Assembly: GCA_965644265.1 (NCBI GenBank)
Contig: OZ286460.1
Coordinates: 64,852,001-64,916,000 of the forward strand
Length of the DNA stretch: 64,000 nt
DNA from: Glycera tridactyla
Lineage: Eukaryota
Direction: 5' to 3'
The notes under the pieces are model-generated. The model saw nothing but the letters and a program-made list of their open reading frames with translations. It had not been told where the DNA came from and did not search any database. A program made the translations under genes and the position numbers. This document shows positions 14,116-26,800 of this stretch, one piece after another (the first letter of the stretch is position 1; every line of letters starts with the position of its first letter).

Positions 14116-17100
14116 CCGTTTGTGATGGTGTGTTCATGAATGGGCTATTCGTCATGAGCTTTTCGTATGTAATCAGCATATGATTATTTCACTTCATCTT
14201 GGTTGAATGTTTGTTTACTTGCAGACGTTCCAGGTCGTGGGGCGTGACAAGAACCTGTTCCGGTTCAGCAGTGCCAAGGCTCTTTTCCTCCTCAGCCCAT
14301 TCAACCCCATCCGAAGATCTGCCATCTATATTCTCACTCATCCATATCCTTTTTACTGCAATACTAGAAAAGTATCGGTCCGAGAATGTTTGTGATGTGT
14401 GGTGCATCTCAAGGTTCTTTCATTGTCCTGTAGACTCGTATACACACAAACACGCGCGCGCATAGGGAAACATGTACACATACCTCCTTCTCCACCCTAT
14501 CTACCGAATTCCTACCGAACTGTCTTTCTGTCTGCCCGTTCAAATCTTCGCTCTAATTGGCAATCAGTACATATTTGAAAATCTCANNNNNNNNNNNNNN
14601 NNNNNNNNNNNNNNNNNNNNNNNNNNNNNNNNNNNNNNNNNNNNNNNNNNNNNNNNNNNNNNNNNNNNNNNNNNNNNNNNNNNNNNNNNNNNNNNNNNNN
14701 NNNNNNNNNNNNNNNNNAATGCAGCCGGACATAAAAGTGACAATTCTACTCACTAAAAATGTTTCCTATGGGATATATGCGTATGAGAAACAAAGGTGCG
14801 ATTCACAAAAACGCAGGTGGGTGAAAACGCTCTTTCTGTAAACCAACACTTTGGACGTGTCAAGTACAAATATAAATTTCGATATTCAAAATCATATTTC
14901 AAATTGGAGTACACCAAAACAAGGTAAGGTTTAATTGTGTGGGTAAAATATCCACATTGCCACATATGACTTTGGGCAAAATCATTTTTCATCTTTTGAA
15001 ACAGCATTGATATATTTTTAGCGGACATCGAACCTTTCACGACTGTTTTCAACAATGTTCAGTGATGCTATTTGGCCCACGAACTTTGTTAAATTCCAGT
15101 CAGCAAATCATCCCGTGAAATTTGATAATCTTAATTCATTCTATCTTGATTGACTCTATCCATCTGGTCTCTTCATCATTTGAGAGCAAGCTTTACGATC
15201 AAGGACAACGATTCTTTCATCTTTATTTTCTCTCGGAATCTATATTTCCACCATCATATTCGGTGTGAGCTTTCAATAGTTCCCCAATCTATATCCATCA
15301 GTTCTAGCATTTCTTTTCCCGAAGGGAGAGAGATATTCTCGATTATACCACAGATACGTATCTTCTCCGCATGCAGATTGAAGTCCTTGGCTGAGATTAT
15401 ATTTCCAAATTCATATCACCCTCCCACGAAATTGCGAAAATGAGTCAGTCGATATCTGTGGTATAAAAGCAAACCGTCATGCCATGGAAGATACAAGCTG
15501 ATTCTTGCGAGGATTGTGATTTGTACTTTTAACTGGTATGATCTCGAAGTGTGCTATCCACCCACTTTTTTCTTCCCCATTCTTCTCGCTTTTGGTTAGT
15601 GGGCAACTCTCATCTTGTTTGAAGTACGCATATCCCCCAATATGATTAATGCTCTATTTTCAGATCATTCGACATACCCTTTCTGTATTATCTAAGTTAT
15701 ACCATCGATAGGTACAAATATGTACTCGGTGCGCATTATTGAAAGAACTTTACATTGGTTGCAGATCTCATTTCAATTCATATATGAAACAAAACCCCAT
15801 TGGATATCCAAAGGAATTTTCATGGTAGGAACAACCAAATCGTATGCGTCGTAATTTTGGTGAATATCCATGGGTTTTTGCATTAGTAGATGAACTAGGA
15901 TCAGACCTGATGTGCTACGGAATTTATTGATAATTTGTCTACAGGCCTTTGATGAAATAGTACGGTTAAATTGGGACATACTAACTTTCAAAGACCTCAA
16001 CCAGCCAAGTCATCTACTTTCCCTTGCCTGTGTGTGCATTTCTGATCACATCGGTGATTGTCAATCCACCTCAATTTACCACTTTCACTTACTTTCACCT
16101 CTACCTACCCTCTATACCATCTACATGCATATACTTGCTTTGTTGTTGTCTCCATGCATTACTTTGATTTCGAAAAAAAAATCAGAATTAAGGATGGTAG
16201 GACAGGAAGATAAGTTATTCGGGTACCGTCGACCAAAATATGGCAGGAGTTCGGTGGAGAGTTGCTATGAATCTAAAAATGTAAATGAATTCGCTTATTG
16301 GGGAATTAGGGGTGAAATTTCAGAGAGTATCATCCAGGATGGGAGGCAATATGGATTTTCCTCATAGTTGTTCAAGAGTTATGAACATAGATAGTAATGA
16401 ATACATGAAGTTCTAGTGCGCTGCGGAATATGAAGTCTGTAGGTGATAACATGAAAAAGCCAAGTTGCTGTCTTGATCTGCAGAGCTTCCTATGAAGTTT
16501 CATCTATTGGAGCCTGCTGTGGATCTAAAGGTTCACGTAGGCAGCCAGCATCTCCTCAGATAGCATGCATCATTTTTAGGATTGAGATTTGAAATTGTTC
16601 CCACGAAGGATAATAAAGCCTCCTCTTTCTTTGTCTCCTTCCTGATCATAGCTCGAACTGCCTAGCACATAGGAGCACCATGGTTCGACATTTCGATGGA
16701 AGTCATCGTGTATTCTTCCGATGTACCATTTTGCACAAAGATCACGATCTGAACGAATGCAACGATTGTCTCCATCAAAGGGACGATAATCTCGGCACCG
16801 ACGTGTCAGAATAGCTTCAAGTTTGCAGTAATCCGTTCTTGTTAGCTCTAGATTATAACTGTTTCGGAAAGATACTTAGGAGAGCTCAAATCATGTAGGC
16901 CAATAGGATCGGAGACAGCATATGCAAGCATTACTCTGAATGGCACAAATACGAGTCACGTGCATTGCTCTCATCCATATTCGTGTAGGAACATCAGCCA
17001 ATAAGATCGATTATCTGTTAAAAAGTAGATGTTTGGGCGTAATTCGACATTGCTGATGCTACTACAATATTTCTCGTAGATTTCTCTTTCGGTCTAGTCA

Positions 17101-17358
17101 CTGTGATGATCCAGGGCCAAATATTGATTGCTTCCATCTTCTCTGGTGGAGACAACTTTTTCGGTTATCTTGTGCATGCTTTTTTCTCAAATGATCGCTT
17201 CCTTGACTTTTCTTACAGTCTTTAATTTGTTTATAATGCTGGTCATTATAATTAATTGTGTTTTTATGGCATCAAACGCGGAAATTCCCAACTCAGAGTG
17301 AGTAACAGCTACGTTACTACGTCGTTGTTGTTTGCAGCTGTTTTTAGAGTGCACTATC

Positions 17359-17427
<69 letters not shown>

Positions 17428-20400
17428 AGACAATTTTTCATGAAGTCGCACGTCATATGTAGCAGTGGGATAATTAGGCGAAATAACTGATAGAATATGC
17501 ATGCATGCAAGTGAATGAATACTGTTATGATAATGATGTAGAAGTGCATGAAACATCTATTGAAATCTAATAATTCCTCACTTGGAATTCAGAACATGTG
17601 ATCGATGATATTCTAGTTTTACTACCATGCCAAGTTATCAGTTATTTCCCTAATGTTCTGTCTGTTGGACAGAAAGTAAGTACATTCATGTCATTGTTTG
17701 AACTAATCCAGTTTATCTTCTACAAGAAGCTCGCGCGTGTGTTCATGTCCACCATCACAGGGTCACTCTTCTAATGTGTGGTCAAGGCCGGATGCTGAAA
17801 TATGACCTCATCCAGCCTTTGATCAGTATCAAAATGCTTACTGGATGAATCTTCAGAGCAGAATCAATTTGTCAATGATCAAGGTCTTCAAGGAATACAT
17901 ATCCGATCTATCACTACATTGGGATCGGTGCAATTGAATGTATTTCTTCTCGCCTGATCATCTTTCTTGAACTTCTATGTTAATTGTTTGCATTCTCTAT
18001 CAATCCAAAATGCATCAAAATGGAATCTCATTTAGATCTCACATTCTCGATTGATTCTCCCACAAAAATTTACGCGAAAAGTGATAGAAGCACAATACGC
18101 AAGAAGCCCGATCGCGTGGGATTGGTGCGTTCTATCCGTTTCTTGCGCCTTGACCAGGATGAAACTAGAGCACAAATATCTAGTCTCACATAATTTATGC
18201 CAGCCAGGTTTTGTTACACTATTGTCTAACTGTCTAATTGTCTAACGTTAGATTGCATCAGATATTTTCGCTGATCCGACTAGATCGCATCAGATATTCT
18301 TGACTGATCCGAAAAGCACAGTACCGAACACCAAATATTGTAATGAAGATTATGCTGATGAATCATCGTCGTCCTCGGCTTCATTGTGAGCGATGTCGTA
18401 TTTGTTCTCGATAAAGAACATTTTACTAGTCACGACCATCATGTGGGAAATTGTGATATGAGCCAAAGAGTGCTCTATTACGCCAGAATTTTTCTATACG
18501 GTCAAATTCCGATCGGTTTTTTTTTCGTGAAAGTCTGCCGACAATTATGCGAAAACCACATATCCAAAAGCGACGCGATGATTGAACTAGGGTCATGGAC
18601 CCACTCAAATCATTAGGTAAGTACTTTCACAAAACCAGCATTACATCTAGACTGATCGGAACNNNNNNNNNNNNNNNNNNNNNNNNNNNNNNNNNNNNNN
18701 NNNNNNNNNNNNNNNNNNNNNNNNNNNNNNNNNNNNNNNNNNNNNNNNNNNNNNNNNNNNNNNNNNNNNNNNNNNNNNNNNNNNNNNNNNNNNNNNNNNN
18801 NNNNNNNNNNNNNNNNNNNNNNNNNNNNNNNNNNNNNNNNNNNNNNNNNNNNNNNNNNNNNNNNNNNNNNNNNNNNNNNNNNNNNNNNNNNNNNNNNNNN
18901 NNNNNNNNNNNNNNNNNNNNNNNNNNNNNNNTCCATCCATCGAGTGTCTGAATTTCATGAATTTTTCACCTGCTGTTGGGAACCCAGAAGGAAGAGTTTT
19001 GATTGATCCCATCCATGCTACTTGCATGGGCGTCATCTATACATCCCTCTCTCTGAAACATACAAGCGAACAGATTTTTAGACACATGTCATAGACAATA
19101 CTCACATATATCATCCATCATGTATCAACCTAGCCACCCACACACCCTCTTTCTCATCGACCTATCCTCCAACCTACCAACCCATCGACCTACCTACCTA
19201 CCTGCCTATCACGAACATACACACACAATTCAGGCTGAATATCATGTAACCTAATGGTAGTAACTCTCGTCTCGTCTTTGATGCATGTGTGTGCTTGTTA
19301 TTTCGTCAGTAGTTATGCACGTCTCAGTTACAGATCCAGATTCAGGTGGTTTTTCTATTCGAGTACCACGTAGCAATGTGTACGTCCAACGATTGAAGTG
19401 AAAACGATACATGCAAAAATACCCCATATCGTTCCGTCGAGTACGAGGACAGTGCAAATTTGTACGAAAAGAAAAGGCCTCTGGTTGAATTGATAAAAGA
19501 TTGTATAGACGGCACACACCCACCCACCCACACACACCCACCCACACACACACACACCCAAGGAATCCATGCTTCAAAAGGTCAAACAAGAGGTCAACCA
19601 TTACCATCAGTCTTTCCTTAATTCTGCAAACAGCTTTTAGTCTGTTCATAATGCTAGTCATTATCGTAAACTGCATCTTCATGGCGATCAATAGAACCAT
19701 ACCATACACAGAGTGAGTATCATCATACGCCTGCCTATTCCGAGTTTGTTCTTGCTCGGGATATGATGCCATCATACTGCATTCTGTCGTGCATGCAGGC
19801 ATGCAGTTCCCATCCCTAGAACTAGTACCTATCTCAGGGATGCCAATGAAGGTGCCATGGCACGCGCCAGTTAAACATCCTGCCACAGCACCTTTTAGTG
19901 TCAATGACCCACAACACTGTTGAAGGCAGCTTCCGGATATGCAGGCAGGCCACTGCTGGGAGATCAGTTATGGGGGTATTTTTCAGTGTACGTTTGTTGC
20001 ACATTGCACTGGAGCATACGTCTCGTTTTGTGAAGATGTGAAGGCATGCCCGCTTTTGCACATGAGAGAGCACTTCGAATATGTGATGTTGAGTATCTGT
20101 ATGTTACCTGTTGTACATTTTAAGTAAGCCGGAATATTCTCGTACTTAAGTAGGAGGGTGATATTTACGTTGTCCTTTAGGATGTAAATTATGTATTGCT
20201 GCACGGAATACAGCCACACACTACTAACAATCTATCATTGTGTATGCTTATCAGTATTAGTTTGTACATGCAAAAACTTGAGGACCGGAAGGAAAAAGAT
20301 GGCAGGGACTTTCGTACTTCCTTGATCAAATGGGTGGTGCTTCACGTATCTTAAAGTCTGACTAAGATTATGTGAAACCAGTCATTCTTTACCTATGCTA

Positions 20401-20805
20401 TTAGGATAACACCGTTCTGAAGTAATAATAACAATATGAAAAATAATGATGATGATGATATTATTGTTATTATGAAATTTGAATTGATATCAAAATAGAG
20501 AACCTCACTCTGTTCCGTCATATATACAGTAACACATTTATTTGAAAACTGAGCATTTCCGGCTGGAGGAAAGAGAATTAGTGTCAGCGAGAAGTTCGGG
20601 GTATCAGGAGCATAGGTGAGGTGGCGGGGGGGGGGGGGCAAAGGATATCATCGTTTTATTGTATCATCATTATCATGACTATTATTGTGGTCATTATTGT
20701 TAATCATTATCAGCATCAGCATCGTTGTCATCATTATTTTCATAGATATTATCATGATGATTATTATCATCATTAGTATCATGTACCAGTCTTTCTTGTT
20801 GTCGG

Positions 20806-20837
<32 letters not shown>

Positions 20838-23800
20838 CTAATGATGATCATTATTATCATTGTTCAATTTCTCGGTCACCCTCCCCTGGAGCGGATGAAC
20901 GCAACGTATACAGCATTATTATCAATGTTATTATTTCTATTATTATTATTATTATCATTATTATTATTTCTATTATTATTAATATAATTACTACTTTCAT
21001 TATCATCATTATGATCATATGCTCACTATCTTCATTATGATTATTATCCTATTTCAAATCTTCACTGACTCTGTCTGCTGTTTTTTCAGAGCGATATTCA
21101 CGGCCATCTATACATGTGAGGGTCTGGTGAAGATCCTGGCTCGTGGATTCATCCTCGCCCCGTTTACCTACCTTAGAGATATGTGGAACTGGTTGGACTT
21201 CGTAGTAGTATCACTAGCGTACGTTGTATACATCTATCCATCGGCTCGTTTGCTATCGTTTGCTGTGGGCACAATGCAATAACGCTGTACTTAGACATGG
21301 CACACCCGTTACACACCAGTTGGTTCAAACGTCTCTATACAGAAATATATATATATAGAAATGAGAGAATCCGATGTCAGGAGCCCTATTACGAAAACCA
21401 CACCAAAGACCACTAGCGAATATGTAGAGATAGACATGCAGACACACACGAGGACTCACACCAAATAACAACACTCACTCATCAATATGAGCACACACAC
21501 TCTGTCACAAACCAAGCCCAACCCTAAAAGACTCCGTTAGAACGAAGACAGAGTACCTTATAGTACCCATTGAACGGTCACTTTTATGGGGTGGATCCGA
21601 CCATTTTAAATGAGTGTGCATATATTTCAATATAACGAACAGGGTCATCTCATTCGAATCGGGTAACCAACCAATACCTCATATCTAATCCAAGTATCCA
21701 CTGCACCCATACACAAGTGATAAATTCTCATGTGACTATATTCTATTTCACAGGTACATCACAATGGCAGTCAAATTAGGTAATCTCGCCGCCCTCCGTA
21801 CATTCAGAGTGCTTCGAGCACTTAAAACAGTTGCCGTAGTCCCAGGTAGGTGATTTGTTTGAGGTATACAACGTCTTGAGCTTTCCTCACTTGTAATGCT
21901 GCAGTCAAAATTCAAAGTTCGTACTTTTACATTTTATGGATTACCAAGATGACCTAATCCAGTCATGGCTTCGTTCTTTGTGTAGATTGATGTGCTCTAT
22001 GTCGAAAGCAGGAAGATGGCCCATTTATATTAATGGTTACCTGTTTGAGTACAGTTTGACGTTTTGTCGACTCATGCTGAATCATATGAAACTAGAGATG
22101 AGTGAGTTGCTGAAGTGCATAGTTCGATAAGTTACTTTCATTTATCAACATATGACGTTCGTTCCCGAAGATGTTTAAGTGAGAACAAGAAGACAAACAG
22201 GTATTCGATTACGCACAAAGACCACTATATATTATGATTGTACCTGTTGAGTTATTGCTCATTGAAATATTGTTCATTTGACCATCGACACGGTTGCCAG
22301 TGATCTCCGTTTTTTTTGCAGGCTTGAAAACTATCGTGGGTGCCTTAATGGAAGCAGTGAAAAGGTTGCGTGACGTCATGATTCTCAGTGTCTTTGTGCT
22401 GTCCATATTTGCGTTAATTGGCCTTCAAATATACCAGGGCGCGCTCAAACAGAAGTGTATTCTTAAATTACCAGAGGGTTACCAAAACAAGACCCCAGAG
22501 GAACAACAAGTGGAGTGGTGGGAGAATGAAAGTAAGTGACAGTGCTTCGTATCAATATCATCTATATTTTCTATTTCTATATCATCAACCAGTCATGATT
22601 TATATATCTGCTCCATNNNNNNNNNNNNNNNNNNNNNNNNNNNNNNNNNNNNNNNNNNNNNNNNNNNNNNNNNNNNNNNNNNNNNNNNNNNNNNNNNNNN
22701 NNNNNNNNNNNNNNNNNNNNNNNNNNNNNNNNNNNNNNNNNNNNNNNNNNNNNNNNNNNNNNNNNNNNNNNNNNNNNNNNNNNNNNNNNNNNNNNNNNNN
22801 NNNNNNNNNNNNNNNNNNNNNNNNNNNNNNNNNNNNNNNNNNNNNNNNNNNNNNNNNNNNNNNNNNNCACCAGCATGTACATAAATCCAATCACTGACCC
22901 TGAAGAGAATATTTTTCACCCGGGAAATCGCTTTCCCACCCTATAGGTGAAAATTTTAATGGACATCAATTGTGCACGATGCAGCTCAGCTGATCTCGAT
23001 ATCAGTCTATCAGTTGTGTCAGTAATTGAACCATCCTGCATTAAGGTTGGTCTGAGTGATATAGGCAGAAAAAACACTCCCCGACTCTCAATCAACTGGC
23101 CTATATACTACTATACTACAATATACTTAAGTTGTATTATATTATAATCTTTGACTAATACAGTGAATTTATATGTGTATTATATTGAAATGTATGTCCA
23201 ATTGTTGCTAAACTCTGAGAGTGTTTCATTTTTGAGTATAAATGATGAGAAGCATCCTTGCAACCTCGAATCGACCACTCGAATCTGGTGCGAATATTGT
23301 CATGCAAATGTCCTATCACATATCATCATGTTTGTATATCATTTGTAAATATACCCTATGCCAATGTTATTGCTACAGTTTTCATCAGGAGCCAGTGGAG
23401 AAATGAACAACATAGCTGGCAGAATTATGCTGGGAGAGCGAATGCAGGAGGGAGTTCCAGTGGATTTTACCACGCGATACAAAATCCTAATTTTTTCCAT
23501 GAAATGACAATTTTCTAATATAAATCTTGAAGTCACTGTCTCGAGATTTTAGTTGTAATATACTACAGTACGAGAGATACTTTCTGTACACTTCCTCCCA
23601 CCACCAGCCAAAAATGTAACACACAACGCGATATTCGAGTCGTGATTTGACGTTGACATAAGCAAACAACGATTTCTGCCCTACATTAAAAACTCATCAC
23701 AAGGAAAATGCAGTTTGCAAATTTACCATTAGTTTCTCCCACTATTGCAACTGTGTCCAGGTGTTTGACTGAGCAGCAAGCAGAAGAGATGTCATCGCTA

Positions 23801-26800
23801 ACAGGCATCCCTCGACGTTGTTCGTACGTGATGGCGAGGCATGGCCTCACCTTATGTCTCTGGCGAGTGCACGAAATGCACATTCACGACAAAACCGACT
23901 ACGCTTCTTCACATTTGTTCAACAGTGCCGACACAAGTTCACTTTACCGTTTATCTTTGATTTCTCAGTGCGTTCAGAACAATTGCAATACACGCGAATG
24001 CTGATTCCTGAAGAAGGAAGGAGGCCGTACCTCTTCAAGGTGCATGCCTTTGCCCATGCTTATCGCTATTCTTTCTTTACAGCTAATTGGTATATAATGG
24101 AGAACGGTGGCCCAAAATTATGTGGCTCGGCCGGTGATGCTGGGTAAGTACCAGATGGTTATACATACAAGAAAGTCATGAGTTCTCTTCTCTCCACAGA
24201 TAACTGGTTTAAAATGGATGACGGGAAATCTAAATTATGTGGCACGGCGGGTGACGCTGGGTGAGTCCAAGATACATTTGGGATACGCTGCATTTTGAGC
24301 GATGTTGACCCGAATGCTCCTTGGTTAAGTGCTGTGACTGCCTATCTGGCATTTTGTTCCCTGATTTCAAGTTTACTCGATCCTCCGCGGTTTCTTTATT
24401 TCCAATTTCACCGCTGCCAACCTCTTTCTCTGCCTATCCTCAATCTTCTCTCACTTCGCTCGATTGTCTCAACCAGGGAATCATTTCGACGAAGTGCGTG
24501 TGGGAGGACTCAAATTGGGTGTTTTCGGAGGCTATGGATTTCTCTGAAATCTATAGTGACCTAGGGCACCTACCACAATACTGAGTGCCCTCATTCTCGA
24601 GTGAAACGGTGCCCTGATCTACTACCTTCATGTTGTATCTCAGATCTAGAAATGTAGTCAAACTTCCTGTCGAATGAAAATGTGATTACAAAAATTATCT
24701 GACATGTCATGATCATCGAACCATCTCCACCGAGCCTAGGGGATACAAACCACTTATGCTGGCAATCAAAGATGAATACGCTATCCATGCTACAGAATCT
24801 TCTCCAGATGTATTGTTTATTGTTCACCCCGCTCCTGTAGATCATTGAATGAGTGGGATGAGTAATCATCATACATTTGCCTCAGTGGTAGCATACTGGG
24901 CCGGCGTGCAATGGGTCTGGGGTTCAATCCCCAGTCCTACCATGCAGGAAAGTTTCACCCTTCATCTTTGCTCCTCCTTGACAAGTGGTCTGATTTAGCC
25001 CACTCAAGTGCAGAAAGTGGACCTTAGATCTCAACATTTCCATTTCCTGTTAGATCATGTTCTGATAGCCGTAGTCTTGTGTGGTCCTTAATGTCTTAGT
25101 CACGAGCTCATTTGACGGGATTTCTCTCACTTTTCTTCCCTATTATCACTCTCGATTATCGCTTATATGTATAGTGATGTCATCCAAGTCCCTTGTAGCC
25201 GTTAAACAGTGCGCTTTGCTGTTGTCAAGTATATTGTGATCTAGAAAATCAATCTTTTTCCATGGAGTCCTCGCTTTTTAGCTGATGCTTATTCGAAAAT
25301 TCCCATTCACCGATGCTATATTCGTTCTATGTCGTAGATGTCCAATATGTGCTACGCAATCATTTCGAAGTATGCTTTGCTTTAAAAATAGTCCTTGTCC
25401 GAAATAATGTCCTGTTTGTAGCTGTTGCTTACAGTCAAATTACCAGGAGATCATCAATGTTTCCAATTCACCAGTCTATAGAATGTCGGAACTTGAGAAT
25501 AGATGTCATCGAATGATATATCCCCTACCTCACAGGAAATCAGTCTTACACAACATTGTTCAAACACTCAAATATAGCAGGTGTCATTAAATACTCGCAA
25601 AAATAGATCCAACCTTCAAGTGTATTCGAGAGATGTTATTCGAAGCTATTGCATTTACGCATGTCTCACACGCTTCATTAGTGCTTCTACCGATAGTACG
25701 ATGTAACCATCTGTCCTAGTCATAAAAACCAAGCATACGTCGGGGAAGATCTATTCTGATATAGTCTTCATCTGATAAGCTTCCCCACCTTAAGAAGGCA
25801 TCCGTATGTTATCCCACACTAGCGTATATGTGCGGCACAGCGATTGCTCCAGCAAATATATTCGATCCATGATTTTTTTTCTCAACTATGCTTAGCTTTC
25901 TAGATGCCCATGTCCATGTTGCCTTTCAACGATCTATCCTGACGAATCGGCAGTGGTTTCTGAATTTCCGTATTTATTGTGTACAGTGGACCACGAAATA
26001 GGAGGGTGATTGTCTGTCAGAGAGTTGTAGAGGACTTCCGATATATGAATACAAAAACACATTTGTAATTCGAGATACCGGAGTATCTCAAAATGCATAG
26101 TTAGCGTGGATGTTTCCAAGCTCAGCCTGTTTTGGACAAAGAAACAGGATTACCCACATAAATTTGGAAATGAACTTCTCATATCAAATAGCATCCGCCT
26201 TAGGCTATAATACTACTGATAATGATAATGATTAATGATAATAATAATATTCCATGTAAGTGAAGAGTGCACTCAACTATGAAGTGGATGAATAGTCTTC
26301 ATCAACGTGAAAAACCAACGAGTTTCATACATATGAATACTCAGTCTTATGATGCCATGTGTGTGCCCTGAAATCTAGTGTGTCTTGCGGTGGTTTGATT
26401 AGAGCTTGGTCAATGTCTGCTGTCTGTTAGTCAGTAAGAAGCTTGTAGACAAGTACAATGAAATATTCATGTGATAGGATGATTCCTGCTAAGGATGATA
26501 AGTGTAGGTGATGCATTCTGTTCCCAAACGTTTCGGTCCGCTTCTGGTAGAGCTATCAGCGTCAATAGCTGGAGGGAGAATAGCGATAATAATGATAATA
26601 ATGTCAATAATGATAATAAAGATAATAATTATAATTATAATGATGATAATGATGATAATANNNNNNNNNNNNNNNNNNNNNNNNNNNNNNNNNNNNNNNN
26701 NNNNNNNNNNNNNNNNNNNNNNNNNNNNNNNNNNNNNNNNNNNNNNNNNNNNNNNNNNNNNNNNNNNNNNNNNNNNNNNNNNNNNNNNNNNNNNNNNNNN

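Larger units (their letters stand above)
14344..19631 (+). other. U12-type (minor spliceosome) AT-AC intron
   Basis: 5' ATATCCTTTT; branch site TTCCTTAAT at 19614-19622; ends ...GCAAAC. This junction restores HP-AFSLF, whereas the neighbouring CAG acceptor gives an immediate TAG. Confidence 0.9.

Noticed and set aside
19634-19640. Canonical CAG acceptor for exon C
   Set aside because: Gives an immediate in-frame TAG and cannot pair with the AT donor
19251-19904. 217-aa minus-strand ORF
   Set aside because: Antisense to exon C and a (CA)n-type repeat; no recognisable domain
24870-24945. tRNA gene
   Set aside because: A and B boxes only; no full cloverleaf, and it continues into a SINE-like body and tail
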